Positions 25,200-38,914 of a stretch of DNA of 64,000 bases are shown here, one piece after another. Position numbers and translations under genes: made by a program. The stretch lies in assembly GCF_009914755.1 (NCBI RefSeq), contig NC_060926.1. One strand, given 5' to 3'. Origin of the DNA: the human T2T-CHM13v2.0 reference genome, Homo sapiens. The number at the start of each line of letters is the position of its first letter. Positions within the stretch are counted from its first letter, which is position 1. The notes under the pieces were generated by a model. It was given only the letters and a program-made list of their open reading frames with translations, did no database searches and was not told the DNA's origin.

Positions 25200-27595
25200 T
25201 AAGAGTGGCAGTTTGGGGATAGCACCAGGAGATATCAGCTGTGATGGCTTGGAGAAACAGTGTAAACCGGCAGAGTAAACAAGAGCAGGGCATGTATGAG
25301 TAGTTGAGAATGGTGAATAGGAGTATGACTAGACAGAAGACCGTAGGGATAACAAGTTTTTTGGGGCACAGTCCAAGTTGGTCTGGTGTCTGGAATGAAA
25401 CTGGGGCTTAATAAAAAGGAGCATCCATACAGGAGCTCAAATTGTACCCTGTAGCATTCCAAGGACAGGCCTGAATTCTGAGAAGGGAAAGTTGTGAAAG
25501 CCTTGTGCGGTCCTTTTTAAGTTGGTGGCTGAGCTTGGTGAGGTGTGTTTTTAAAAGACCATTAGTCCGTTCTACCTTTCTTGAAGACTGAGGACTGAAA
25601 AGGATATAAAGGTTTCACTGAATACCAAGAGCCAAAAAAAATGCTTGGCTGATTTGACTAATAAAGGCTGGTCCGTTATCAGACTGTATAGAGGTGGGAA
25701 GGCCAAACCAAGGAATTATGTCTGACAGAAGGGAAGAAATGACCGTGGTGGCCTTGTCAGACCCTGTAGGAAAGGCCTCTACCCATCTAGTGAAAGTGTC
25801 TACCCAGACTAAGAGGTATTTTAGTTTTCTGACTTGGGGCATGTTGAGTAAAGCCAATTTGCCATTCCTGGGTGGGGGCAAATCCTCGAGCTTGATGTGT
25901 AGGGAAGGGAAGGGGCCTAAATAATACCTGAGGAGTAGTAGAATAGCAGATGGAACACTGAGAAGTGATTTCTTTGAGGATAGATTTCCACGATGGAAAG
26001 GAAATGAGAGGTTTTAAGAGGCGGGCTAGTGGCTAGTACTATAGCATAGCCTGCCTTTGCTGGTGAGTGGCAATTAGGCCAGTTGGAACTGCCATCAATA
26101 AACCAAGTGTGATCAGGGTGAGAAACAGGGAAGAAGGACATATGGGGAAATGGGGTGAATGTCAGGTGGATCAGAGAGATGCACTCATGAGGGTCAGGTG
26201 TGGTATCTGGAATAATGTGGGAAGCCGGATTGAAGTCCCGGCCAAGAACAATGGTAATTGTGGGACTCAACAAAGAGTGAGCACAGCTGAAGGAGCCAGA
26301 GAGCAGAAAGTATATGCGTCAGGTGTGAGGAAGAAAATAGATTTTGGAAGTTATGAGAAAGGTAGAGTGAGTTGAGCATAGTTTGTGATTTTAAGGTCCT
26401 CTAAAAGTGTCAAAGCAGTGGCAGCCACTGCACGCAGACATGAGGCCTAGGCTAAAACAGAAAGGTCAAGTTGTTTGGGCAGAAAGCCTACAGGGTGCGG
26501 TCCTGGCTCTTGTTAAGAATTCTGACCTTACTAACCATGCCTAGAAAGGAAAGGAGTTGTTTTGTAGAAGGGATTGGGGTTTGGGAGATTAGCCAGACAG
26601 GATCAGCAGGGAGAGCACATGTGTTTTTATGAGAATTATGCCGAGATAGGTAACAGATGAGGAAGACATTTGGGCTTGACTGAAGTAATGGGGGCTGTCT
26701 GTGAAGACTTGCGGCAATACAGCCTAGGTAATTTGCTGAGCCTGATGGGTGTCAGGGTCAGTCCAAGTGAAAGCAAAGAGAGGCTGGGATGAAGGGTGCA
26801 AATGAATAATAAAGAAAGCATGTTTGAGATCTAAAACAGAATAATGGATTGTGGAGGGAGGTGTTGAGGATAGGAGAGTATATGGGTTTGGCACCATGGG
26901 GTGGATAGGCAAAACAATTTGGTTGATAAGGCGCAGATCTTGAACTAACCTATAAGCCTTGTCTGGTTTTAGGACAGGTGAAATAGGGGAATTATAAGGG
27001 GAGTGTATAGGTTTTAGAAGCCTATGCTGTAGCAGGTGAGTGATAACAGGCTTTATTCCTTTTAAATCGTGCTGTGGGATGGGATATTGGCAATGAGCAG
27101 GGTAAGGGTGATGAGGTTTTAATGGGATGGTAATAGGCATGTGATCAGTTGCCAGGGAAGGAGTAGAGATGTCCTATACTTGTGGGTTAAGTTGGGGGGA
27201 TATGAGAGGAAGACGCAAAGGAGGCTTTGGGTTGGGGAGAAGGGCAGCAATGAGATGCAGCTGTAGTCCAGGAATAGTCAGGGAAGCAGATAATTTAGTT
27301 AAAATGTCTTGGCCTAATAAGGGAACTGGGCAGGTGGGGATAACTAAAAAAAAGAGTGCATAAAAGAGTATTGTCTAAGTTGGCACCAGAACTGGGGAGT
27401 TTTAAGAGGCTTAGAAGCCTGGCCGTCAATACCTACAACAGTTATGGAGGCAAGGGAAATAGGCCTTTGAAAAGAAGGTAATGTGGAGTGGGTAGCCTAC
27501 GTATTGACTAAGAAGGGGGTGGACTTACTTTCCACTGTGAGAGTTACCTAGTGTGTCTGTGATGGTCTCGTAGGCTTCTGAGGCGATCGGGCAGT
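25200..27595 (-). pseudogene. pol: HERV-H pro-pol remnant including integrase core
   Basis: RT YRLVQDLRLIN...YSVLDLKHAFF (ORF 26724-27140); RNase H TWFIDGSS (25917-26273); integrase YLLVWVDTFTRWVEAFP...IQSDNGPAF (25615-25881). Frameshifted. Confidence 0.9.
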
Positions 27596-28740
27596 GTCAG
27601 TCTTCAGCTGCTAAGCCGAGAAGATCTGGGAAGGATTCAGTCAGAGAGCCTTGGGCCAGAGTTCCAGGGGCTCTGGGAGTGGCTGCCAGGTGAGTTGAAC
27701 GGTCTGATTTTCAGTGGGGTCCTGCAACCTCTGGCAGCTGCGGTTCGGGCATTTGGAGTTCTTGTGTGCTGGAGATGTGGCTGGGGTTTGTCTTACAGTG
27801 GAGGTAAGGAATTGCAACTTAGAAATACATTGCTACTTGGTTGCCTCTACTCTGTTATTGTACACCTTGAAGGTGAGGTTAATTAAGCCTTGTTGTGGGG
27901 TTTGAGGGCCGGAATTTAATTTTTGGAGTTTTATTTAATGTCAGGAGCGGATTGGGTAATAAAATGTATATTGAGAATAAGACGGCCTTTTGACTTTTTA
28001 GGGTCTAGGGCTGTAAAGCGTCTCAGAGTTGCTGCCGAATGAGCCATGAACTGTGCTGGGTTTTTCATATTTGTTGAAAGAGCCTAAAAGCTAACTGATT
28101 TGGGAGAGGTCGGATAAAGAAAAAGGAGCATTAACCTTGATTATGCCTTTAGCTTCAGCCACCTTTTTAAGAGGAAATTGCTGGGCAGGTGGGGGAGGGC
28201 TAGTCGTGGAACAAAACTGTAAGCCGGACCTGGTGTGAGGAAGGGAGGTGATAAAAGGATTATAGGGTGGAGGAGCAGAGGCTGAGGAAGAATTGGGACC
28301 TAGCTCAGCCTGGCAAGGAGGGGAGAGGTCAGATGGGTCTGTAGAAAAGGAAGAGTAGAAAGACTTAGCGACGCTTGGGGTTGGGACTGAGGGGACAGGA
28401 GGGAGGGAAAGAAGGAGGATTTGGGACGGGTTGCATTGGGAACAGAGATTTGGGAGGGACTGATGTGTAAAAGAATGCCTGGACGTCAGGCAACTCAGAC
28501 TGTTTGCCTATTTTACGACAAGAATTATTTAGATCTTGTAGGATGGAAAAATTGAAAGTGCCGTTTTCTGGCTGTTTGGAGCTACTGTCAAGTTTGTATT
28601 GGGGTCAAGCAGCATTGCAGAAGAAAATAAGATGCTTAGATTTTAGGTCAGGCGAGAGTTGAAGAGGTTTTAAGTTCTTAAGAACACAGGCTAAGGGAGA
28701 AGAAGGAGGAATGGAGGGTGGAAGCTTGCCTATAGTGAAG
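27596..28740 (-). pseudogene. gag: HERV-H gag remnant lacking the nucleocapsid zinc knuckle
   Basis: Collinear with provirus 1 gag. About 100 bp containing the CCHC knuckle is missing at a junction near 27728. Confidence 0.75.
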
Positions 28741-28821
28741 GAGGCAAGTTTAAAGAGAAGGGTAGAGACATGGAAGGGGTTCAGGGGTTCTTACCTTCTA
28801 GAAAAGGGGAAAGGGTTCAGG

Positions 28822-29032
28822 GCATGGAAATAAGGGTTTAGGGTGCAGAGATAAGAGGTTGGGGCGCGGAAAAAGGGGTTGGGACACAGAGATAAGAGGT
28901 CGGGGTGCGGAAATAAGGGATCAGGGCACAGAGATAAGAGGTCGTGGCACGGAAATAAGTGGTTGGGGCACGGAAATAAGGGATCGGGGCGTAGAGATAA
29001 GAGGTTCAGGCATAGAAATAAGGGATCGGGGG
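28822..29032. repeat. 21-bp tandem repeat (about 10 copies) in the provirus 2 leader
   Basis: Alternating units GAGATAAGAGGTCGGGGTGCG / GAAATAAGGGATCAGGGCACA, which give the 7-aa periodicity in ORF 28859-29104. Confidence 0.9.
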
Positions 29033-29535
29033 TTCTTGCCCCTAGAAAAGCAGAGAAGGTGTAGAGACATGGACAGAAGGGGTTGGGGGCTTCTTGCCCC
29101 TTAGAAAAGTGGTACTTGCCGCTAAGGATGAAGGAGAAGGGGTTGGGGGGTTCTTGCCTTCCAGAAAAGCAGAGAAGGGGTAGAGACATGGAGAGAAGGG
29201 GTTGGGGGGTTCTTGCCCCCTAGAAAAGCAGTACTTGCTGCTAAGGGTGAAGAACGAAGGTAGGCATCCCCGCGTCGTCAGATACCTCTGAAACATGGGC
29301 GAATAATCAGGCAGGTGTCCTTGTGTGATTAAACACCAAGGGAAGACTGTCTTCCTGAGTCCATGACCAGCACCGGAGTTTTGGGTCCACGGATAAAACG
29401 CATCTCCTGTCTCTACTAGAAAAGGAAAGGACCTGAAATTAAGAGAAAGGAGAGATTGAAGGGTGGCACCAAGATTGAAAGGAGAAAGTGGTTAAGGGAT
29501 AGTGAGAGAGGTTGGAGAAGAGAGTAAGAAGAGGC

Positions 29536-29545
29536 CGCTTACCGG
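29536..29545 (-). promoter_or_regulatory. HERV-H major splice donor (provirus 2)
   Basis: Plus-strand 'gcttaccgg' reads CCG|GTAAGC on the minus strand. Confidence 0.75.
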
Positions 29546-29668
29546 ATTTAAAATTGGAGAGATGTTCCTTGGGCTGGTGGGTCTGAGGATCTGAGGTTGT
29601 AGGTGGATCTTTTTCACAGAGCAAAGAGCAAGAGGACAGAGGATTGATCTCCTAAGGGAGGTCCCCCA

Positions 29669-29686
29669 ATCCAAGTCACGGCACCA
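29669..29686 (-). other. Primer-binding site, tRNA-His (1 mismatch)
   Basis: Minus strand reads tggtgccgtgacttggat, one C>T relative to the provirus 1 site. Confidence 0.93.
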
Positions 29687-29688
29687 AA

Positions 29689-30103
29689 TTTCACTCACGT
29701 CCGTGTGAAAAGACCACCAAACAGGCTTTGTGTAAGCAATACAGCTATTTATTTCACCTAGGTGCAGGCAGGCTGAGTCCGAAAAGAGAGTCAGCAAAAA
29801 GAGATAAAAGTGAGGCCATTTTATAAGATTTAGGTAAGTAAAAAAAAAGTTACAGTCAAAGAAAGGTTGTTCTCTGGGGGGCAGGAGTAGAGGTCACAAG
29901 GTGCTCAGTAAAGGAGCTTTTAAGCCAGGATGAGTCAGGAGAAAGACTTTCACAAGATACTGTCATCAGCTAAGGCACGAACAGGCCATTTTCATTTCTT
30001 TTGTAGTGGAATGTCATCAGTTAAGGCAAGAACTGGCCATCTAGATGTGTACGTGCAAGTCCCAAAGGCTATGATGGCTTAGCTTAGGCTCAGAGGCCTG
30101 ACA
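29689..30103 (-). mobile_element. 5' LTR of provirus 2 (LTR7, hypermutated)
   Basis: Collinear with 24375-24785, but with about 30 G>A differences on the window + strand. Confidence 0.95.
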
Positions 30104-32423
30104 CATACTACTGGATTAAATAATCTTTATCAAACACTAAATCTGGCCTCAAATAATAATAACCTTTATTCCCACTTTATACAGTGAAATGGTTCAAAGA
30201 ACACTAAAACCGTGTCCCACTATAGTTATTTTCAAGAAACGTTGGTCAGTTTTTAAAAATTGTATTGGAAAGGAACTTTTTGTTGTTGAATAACAAAATA
30301 AAAAAAATCAAACAAGAAGAGGGATTATTTCCATTTCTGTTTCCCCATGAAACTTTGATTTTCCTTTACATTTTTTTCCAACTCTGTCATATACTTAGGT
30401 TACCACTACTTATGTGAGGATCTTGCTGCATTCTGGTTTCTCTAAAGTATGAAACACAAAAGAAGAAAAGAATGACTGTATCTGGGTCTTTCTTATACAT
30501 GACCAGACAGGTTAAAAACAGACAAAAAGCAAGTGGAAGGACTGTTTCCAACAGAATAGTAACTGGCATTAAGTTGGAAAGCAGTGGGGAGGGCTGTTCA
30601 TTTTGTTCTTATTCTTGTTTTTTTTTTAATAAATGGATTTCAACCATGTTTATAAGATAAACACTGGATGGAAGGATGACTTGAGGTTTGTGGTAGGGAC
30701 AGGGTAATAATAGCAGAAAAGACAAACAGATATAGATAATGCTGAGAGTGTTGATACAATTATTGGAGATTTTATCAAAAGAAACCTCACAAACAAGATT
30801 CAAAGTAAGAGTTTCTCCTATGCAAACTAACATTGTGATTCATGTTGGTCTTTTATGCTTTTCCAGCCTGCTTTCATTATTCTTTCTTTCATTTCAAAAC
30901 CATACACAGCCGTTCCTCAACAAACACACACAGGCACACAGGATTGATGAGTACAATAAAAACTCACTTGGCTAACATTCTGTTTCCTCACAAGGCCTTG
31001 CTTTCTGTTGGGCTGATTCAATAAAATCTATACAAACTGAAAAATTATAATGTATCAACAATCAAAGAATAAAATTGGGTAATGCTGTCTTTGAAACTTA
31101 ACTCACACGATGTGAGCAGTTAAAAGATCAGACCTGTATTCAGCACTATCACTCCATAGTCCAGATCAATTTTATTGAAATGCCCTATTTATAGAAATAG
31201 GATCTCAGACCTCATAAAATGAGAATGAAAATTCCATATCACAGGAGAGCTCAGAGAATGAGAAAGGCACCATTTGGAAATATAGGGTGATCCTTTGGAA
31301 CTAGAATATCTCAATATTTTTCATTTTAGAATCCTTTAAAAATGGAATTAGTGATACGAGGAGAAAAGAAGTAATACTTCTTGAGTGCCAGATGTGCTGG
31401 ATGATAATGATAAATAAATAAATAGGTATACATATGTTCAAATACAGCAAAACAATTAACTATAGAGATGTAATTGTTTTGCCCTTTTCTTCTGGTACAT
31501 TAAGGAGTTTGCTACTTGCCCATAGTCAATTCATGGCATGATAGCAGATTAGGAATACAAATGCAAGGCTTTTAAACTCAGAGGACAGTTATTTTTATCA
31601 ATACAATAAGCCATATTTTTATAAGTACAAAAAAAGTTATTTACTATATATAACTTGGTTCTAAGGAAATCGGGGTAAAGAAAATTCTGCTGCTCCTATG
31701 ATTATTTCTTATAGAGAAACAGAGAATGGTTTCATAAGTATTTTAATTATATGCAGCACCTTCCTAAAATAGAGAGTGAACTTTAGCAAAGGATTTATCA
31801 TGACTTCCCCATTTATTTAAGCAAACTGCTTCGTTGAAGAACATGGCAGTTTGAGCTCTTTCCACGTCTTCATCTCAAATCTACCACTACATTTTCACAT
31901 TTAATTAAGTTTGTATTTATGAAGGCTTCCTGTCCCCACAGCAATTCGAGGAAGACATAACTAATACAAAATCTAAATGTCAGCCTCCAGAGAAGTGAGA
32001 TTTCTTCATGAGAACCAGGCTTTCTGCCCACATTCTCCAGCCTACACTTATACACCAAAGGACACCAGTGTTATTGCTGATCTTATGCAATATGTCTTAA
32101 AATAAATGCACACAAGGCCTTACTTCTATTTATTTTCTTCTCATCTAGAAAGTTATAAAATTGCCAATTTTCAATTGCACATTTGAAAAACTGTTCTCAT
32201 CAACCTATATACAAATGTATGTTGAAAAATATTACTGGGGCTCTCTCCTTTTTCATTTGAATATGACAAGTGTGGGGGAAAAGGCAACTTTTGAAGAAAT
32301 TGTGATGGATCATATTATACTCTTCCACCTGTGAGTCTAACATTTTATTCTATCTCCAATTAGCTTTTTACTTGCATTATCGTAGTTTTATTCCTTTTTT
32401 TTTCTCCATTAAAAAATTATTCA

Positions 32424-32740
<317 letters not shown>

Positions 32741-32760
32741 TCACCTCTAACTTACCCTTT

Positions 32761-33210
32761 TGATGAGAGAGGGATTCACACCCTCTGGCTATGAGAGAAT
32801 GGCACACACACTACACTAGACACTAGGAAGATGAGATAGCAATTATTAATCACATCCACTCACAGTCTGGGGGGAAGGGCAGTGCATGCCATGAAGAACC
32901 ACATGGATATTGCATTTAGGAACAGTGGACAAGTAGAAGCTGTGGCAAAGTGACCCCTGAATCCCAGGGAAGGATGTGATTAGCTTGTTTGAATAGCTCT
33001 GCAGGCTGGGAAGGAATTGAAACCTGCTCCTCAGGGATAAGCAAGCACGGTGCTGGTCCCATGATAAGGAAGGTTGCTTGACAAGAGACGTGATCCATGG
33101 GAGCAAAGTCAGGAGGAAAACATGTTGTTAGGCCATTTGAAGCTCTTCTGGTTTCACTAGATGTTAAGGCAGCACATAATGTAGAACATTAAATTAGGCT
33201 TTATACCTCA
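32761..33210. mobile_element. Possible old ERV solo LTR
   Basis: About 450-bp block of higher GC bounded by TG...CA, LTR-like in composition. No TSD found and family not recognised. Confidence 0.3.
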
Positions 33211-34343
33211 GGGGTTTTCATTTATGTTGGCATATATTGAATGAGTACTTACTTTATCTAAGACAACAGACTATATCACTCTGTAATGTCTATAGACTTG
33301 GGCTATATGTTACTCAGTTTTAAAGAGTATTTGTTTTCAGGTGAGTGAAAGCAATAGGGAAAGTATTGTTTCCAATATCTTATAGATGAGGACATTTAAT
33401 TTAGAGAAATCACGTTTGTTTAAGATCCTGCAACTAACCTGTACTTGGTTTGAAATTAGGTCTCTGTTTATGAGATTACCATACTCCTTTTCTTTCTCCA
33501 TTTGTGCTTTAAGTACATTTGTGGTGGTCAGTGGGCTTAATAAGATGCTTAAACCCTGGGCTAAGTACATTCTCATGCAATCAACCAAACATGGAGAAGG
33601 AAAGACCAAGCTTTCTTTCAGGGAATGCTGCTTAGAGTGTCTTTTCTAAGCCACATGTAAGTCCTTTGTTAAACTAAACAGTTGATCTAGAATGGACGGG
33701 ACATATGCAGTCTCAGATTTGAACATGCCATCATGTATTCAAAACATTTGTTGGCCAGTCCAGGCATTCTGACAAAAGCAGAACTGAGATGGACAGTAAA
33801 CAGATGTATGTTGTTTCATTTTTTTTTTTAATGGCTAGGTGGCTTTAGGCCAAAGCTCCAGAACAACATACAAGCATAATTCTGGCTGCCTGTGCTCAGA
33901 TGTCTACCCGATCCTTGAATGCATGAGCAAAATAGTTCTTCCAGCCTTGTAGCTGGAAGTACCAGTGTGCCTGGGGCAGTAATTCAACTTAAAGATAAAG
34001 ATGAGCCAACATATCCCTTATAAAACATAAGACTCAGGATTGTCTGCAAGTTTCATTGTCTCTATCATCTCTTGAGAAATTCCAGAGTTTAAATAGGTCA
34101 GCAAATGTTGACCCTTTGAATTCTACAATTAAAAGATGGTTTGCTTTGTCCCTCATACACATTACATTGGAAATGCATTGAGAATGTGAATTTTGGGGTT
34201 TACCTGACACTGGCATACATGATTGTCTCTAGGGGAAATGGCTCTCTTCTCTTATTTACTTTGTGTGTGTTTCTGTTTATTTCCCTTATGAGGTTAATAG
34301 AAGTTTCTGAATTTGTTGCTATGATTTCTCCCTAAGCAGTAGA

Positions 34344-34392
34344 TTGTTTGTTGTTGTTGTTGTTTGGTTGGTTGGTTTTGTTTTGGTTTTGG
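34344..34392 (+). repeat. Compound (GTT)n/(GGTT)n/(GTTTT)n microsatellite
   Basis: Seen directly. Confidence 0.85.
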
Positions 34393-35384
34393 CTTCTTGT
34401 GCCAAAATCAAATGGAGAAGACAGTGGAAAGCTTTTCCAAAACTGCTAACAGGAGACAGTAAATGGAAAATATTCTGAGCAGATTTATTATTCTCATGCT
34501 GGCTTGAGGAGTTTCGTCTCCTTTTGAATGTGATGAAAACACTTCCCCAAATGAATTTCCAGTTTTTATATGTGAATAGGAACTCAGGAATTGACGTATG
34601 CATTTTATCTTGAGAATTTTATCAAGTCCCAAAAGAAAAACACAAGCCCAAATAAATATAAAGTATTGTTATAATTCAGATAAATAACCGAGTCCAGTTT
34701 CCTTTAGGGTTGTTAACCACTTTGTTAAAAAATAACTTTTGGAAGTAATCTGTCACTCTCTATATGTAAATTTAATGAAACATGGATGAATATTAATAAT
34801 ATATATTTAAACATTTCCTAATCTGTAAGGAACCCATATGGGTTTTAAAATTAATACAACTTCCAACTTTTGGTTTCAAGGCATATACTTACTATATAAA
34901 TTCAGTCAAATCTTGAAGCCTGGATTAGTTTGGCTACTTACCTGTAGTTTTATTAACTACATTGTCTATGTTCTAGAGATGATCATGACTTTATTTTTGT
35001 TGTTTAAATATAAATTAATGACTAACTTGAATTCAATTATGCTGATAATCATAGAAGTTAGTATGCTTGTTTGGTGTAGGGGTGTGTGTGTATGCGTTTA
35101 TGTGTTTTCAGAAGTAGTATTGGAAGGGAAATCTCAGCACATATACTAACATTCAATGTTACTATAATCTTTATATTTTCCCATCTTTTCACACAACACA
35201 CATATGCACACACACATGCACACACATAGCCATCCCTGTGAGTACACATCTTTATTAATACTTTTCTTAGTTAATGGAGAAACATTATTTTTCCCAGAGA
35301 TAATTGAGATTAATTAGCAGTGTTAGGTGAACAAAGAGACACCCAAGTTGGGTTGCAATTCTTTTTGTTTAATTTATATTTTTA

Positions 35385-35850
<466 letters not shown>

Positions 35851-36619
35851 CTTTCAAAAGCACTTTTTGAAATGTATTTTGAATGATTTTGAATTTCATT
35901 TGAGGTTGGTCATGACTTGCAGCCTTATCCTTGGGAAGTAAGATTTTTTTCTTGATTCTTAATTGTAAAATAAATTTCTTTCGTGATAGGTCTCTTTTTT
36001 TCTTCTGGGAACTTGATATTCTTCCTCTCACAGACAATGAACACTTTAACTGCTCTTGTTTCCCATTACAATTTGTCTGCTGAGAAACTAAGAGAGATAT
36101 CTGCTGTCCCAAATTATTGCCTGGATAGAATCTCATGGCCTACATACTAACTTTCAATATTTGGCCTATTTTTATTCTAGCCATATTTTCTATGTCCTGC
36201 TAATTTTAATATACATAATTAACCTAAAATTTTGTTTTGGAATATTATAGTCATAATAAACAATTAACCTTATGTCTTTCATTACTCTATCTTAAAGATT
36301 TTGGATCTTAAGACAAGAATATGTGCTTAAAAGTACATCAACTGCAGTGCTTCATTGATTTTCTTAATCATGTGACTTAAGTCCAGATAGAATTACTAAT
36401 TTGCTACAGTCATTTCTTCTGTGAGAAATAGAAGAATCTTTTCATTTATCCTTCACTGTGATGAACTGTATATAGTCTTCTTGGATATAGAGACAGTGCA
36501 TATACTTTACAAGCAAAAGAATAGTATATATTCCTTTATTAGTAATCTTGAAAAAATTTCTTCAGCTTTCATTAAAGCTGTGAGGAATGCAATGTGTGCA
36601 CTAAAGATGACATCTATCA

Positions 36620-37165
<546 letters not shown>

Positions 37166-37957
37166 TGAATCTGTATTTGTTAGAAATAATTTATTCATGA
37201 GTGTTATTAAATTGCCAATTAAAAAACTGGCATCCAGATGTAGTTTTATTTCTCTTTTATTGTAAAATCCTATTAATACGTAATCCAGAGTTAAGATGGA
37301 AAATGTGCTTACAATGTCCTCAGACATCCAGACTCCTTTAATCCTTACCTTTCTGTCATCTTAGGCGTAGTTCACACATCCTCATATTTAGGTGGCAGCA
37401 CATTGTAGGCAGCTGGAGAAAAAAAGAATGGTCTAAGAGGGAACAAAAGGTTTACTCTAGAAGTCAGTTAAGGAAAGTTCCAGGAAGCTGCCTACTGGCA
37501 TTTATGCTTATCACTCAGTGGCTATAATTTGCCAAATGGCTACAGGACTGACCAAGCAGATTCTCACTGAGCAGACTTGCATCTCATGTAGCATCCTAAG
37601 AAACCGCCTTTGTCAAAGCAACATTCCCTAAGGATGATACTCAGGCTGGATTTCTCACACTGGGCATCTGAATCTTCACTAGAGGAGGTGATATGTTTTG
37701 TAATAATATTTTGAGTTGTTCTTTTCAAAAGCTTTTATAAAGACAGCAGAATAATTATTTGAGAAAGAACGACTATTTCCCTGTGGTGTTCAGTAAGTGT
37801 TCACCAAATTAATGGCTGAATACATTTATGAAATGATAACTGGCATTTTTGAACAGTCAAATTATACATATATAACAAACTAAAATCAGTGAACAGAAAT
37901 ATTCTGATACAAGCTTCTAGTTTCTCCACACTAAGTAAACAGGGAAAGCCTTTTCAG

Positions 37958-38260
37958 ACATGCATTCATGCATTCAACAATTTTTAAAGTACCTATTATG
38001 CACCTGTATTTTCTTAGAATTTGGATATCAAAGAACAAGAAAGAACAAAACCAAAAAAGATAAAACAATTACTACTTTTACATAACCTACATTCTATCAG
38101 AGAAAAAATGTATATATATACATTATATATATACATATATATATGAGAAGCGAGAAGTAATTCACAGTATGTTAGATAATTTTAAGTGCTATGCAGAAAA
38201 TTAAAGCAGGAAGAGGGATAATGATAGCTAAGGGAATATTCCGGAGTGATTTCACACAGA
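37958..38260 (-). mobile_element. L2 3' remnant
   Basis: 'cattcatgcattcaacaa...gtacctattatg...aagtgctatgcagaaaattaaagcagg' matches the reverse L2 tail pattern. Confidence 0.55.
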
Positions 38261-38914
38261 AAATTGATTTTCCATCAAACAAGAATAAGGAAGTCCCAAC
38301 ACTTCCTATGAAAAAGTGTAAATATTTACCTTGGATTTGGCAATTTGAATACAGGATGGCAGGAGGCAGGTAGTGTGGCAGGGAGAGATAAAGACTTCTT
38401 GTGTCACTAGTTCGTGGGAAATTTCACATAAGCTTTTGGATTCTAAACGCAGGTATAATGCCATTGTTTCCAAAGACTGTCTTAACTTCTTGTCCTCACT
38501 GATGTGAAAAAGTACTTGATCTATGTTTGCAAGTCTGTTTCCACTAAGAAGTGGAATTGGGAATACAGGGTATTTGAAGTCCTGGAAGATATTGCTTCCT
38601 TGTTTTGTTACTGACTTTTGCCACAGAACATGGCCTGTCTTATTGCACAAAGAAATCATGAAGAGTGATATGCTCAGAGAGAGCGGTCAACATCCATTGT
38701 TTGTTTTGGGGCTAATGATATCTACTTTTTATCTTGCATACACTTTGATTTGTGTGTCCAGATAAAGGGAACAGTTCATTTGAGTGCTATGTTTTCATGA
38801 AAAAGGTAGTTGTCTTTGTTAGAATGTAATGCACAGTTGTAGACAACAAAGGGCTAACTTTCTAATAACATTTTATAGTTTCTTCAGACTGCAATTTGTT
38901 CATTCCTGTAAGTG

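Larger units (their letters stand above)
24375..30103 (-). mobile_element. HERV-H provirus 2 (5729 bp; integrase retained, env deleted, defective)
   Basis: Two LTR7 copies, tRNA-His primer-binding site, gag/pol remnants, polypurine tract aagaagacaggaa (24786-24798). 5-bp TSD catac at 24370-24374 and 30104-30108. Confidence 0.97.

Noticed and set aside
15551-27595. Idea that the two proviruses complement each other as a functional bipartite retrovirus
   Set aside because: Both have frameshifted gag and pol and lack the RT YxDD region, provirus 1 has a decayed protease site, and env is interrupted. No functional protein set can be assembled.
13187-30103. Origin of the pair by a single inverted duplication
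   Set aside because: The TSDs differ, the flanks are unrelated and the deletions are non-nested, indicating two integrations.
30404-30475. Possible 38-nt minus-strand exon after a strong polypyrimidine tract and AG at 30442-30443
   Set aside because: The donor is weak (GTAACC), the peptide is not recognisable, and such sites occur by chance; it cannot be supported without transcript data.
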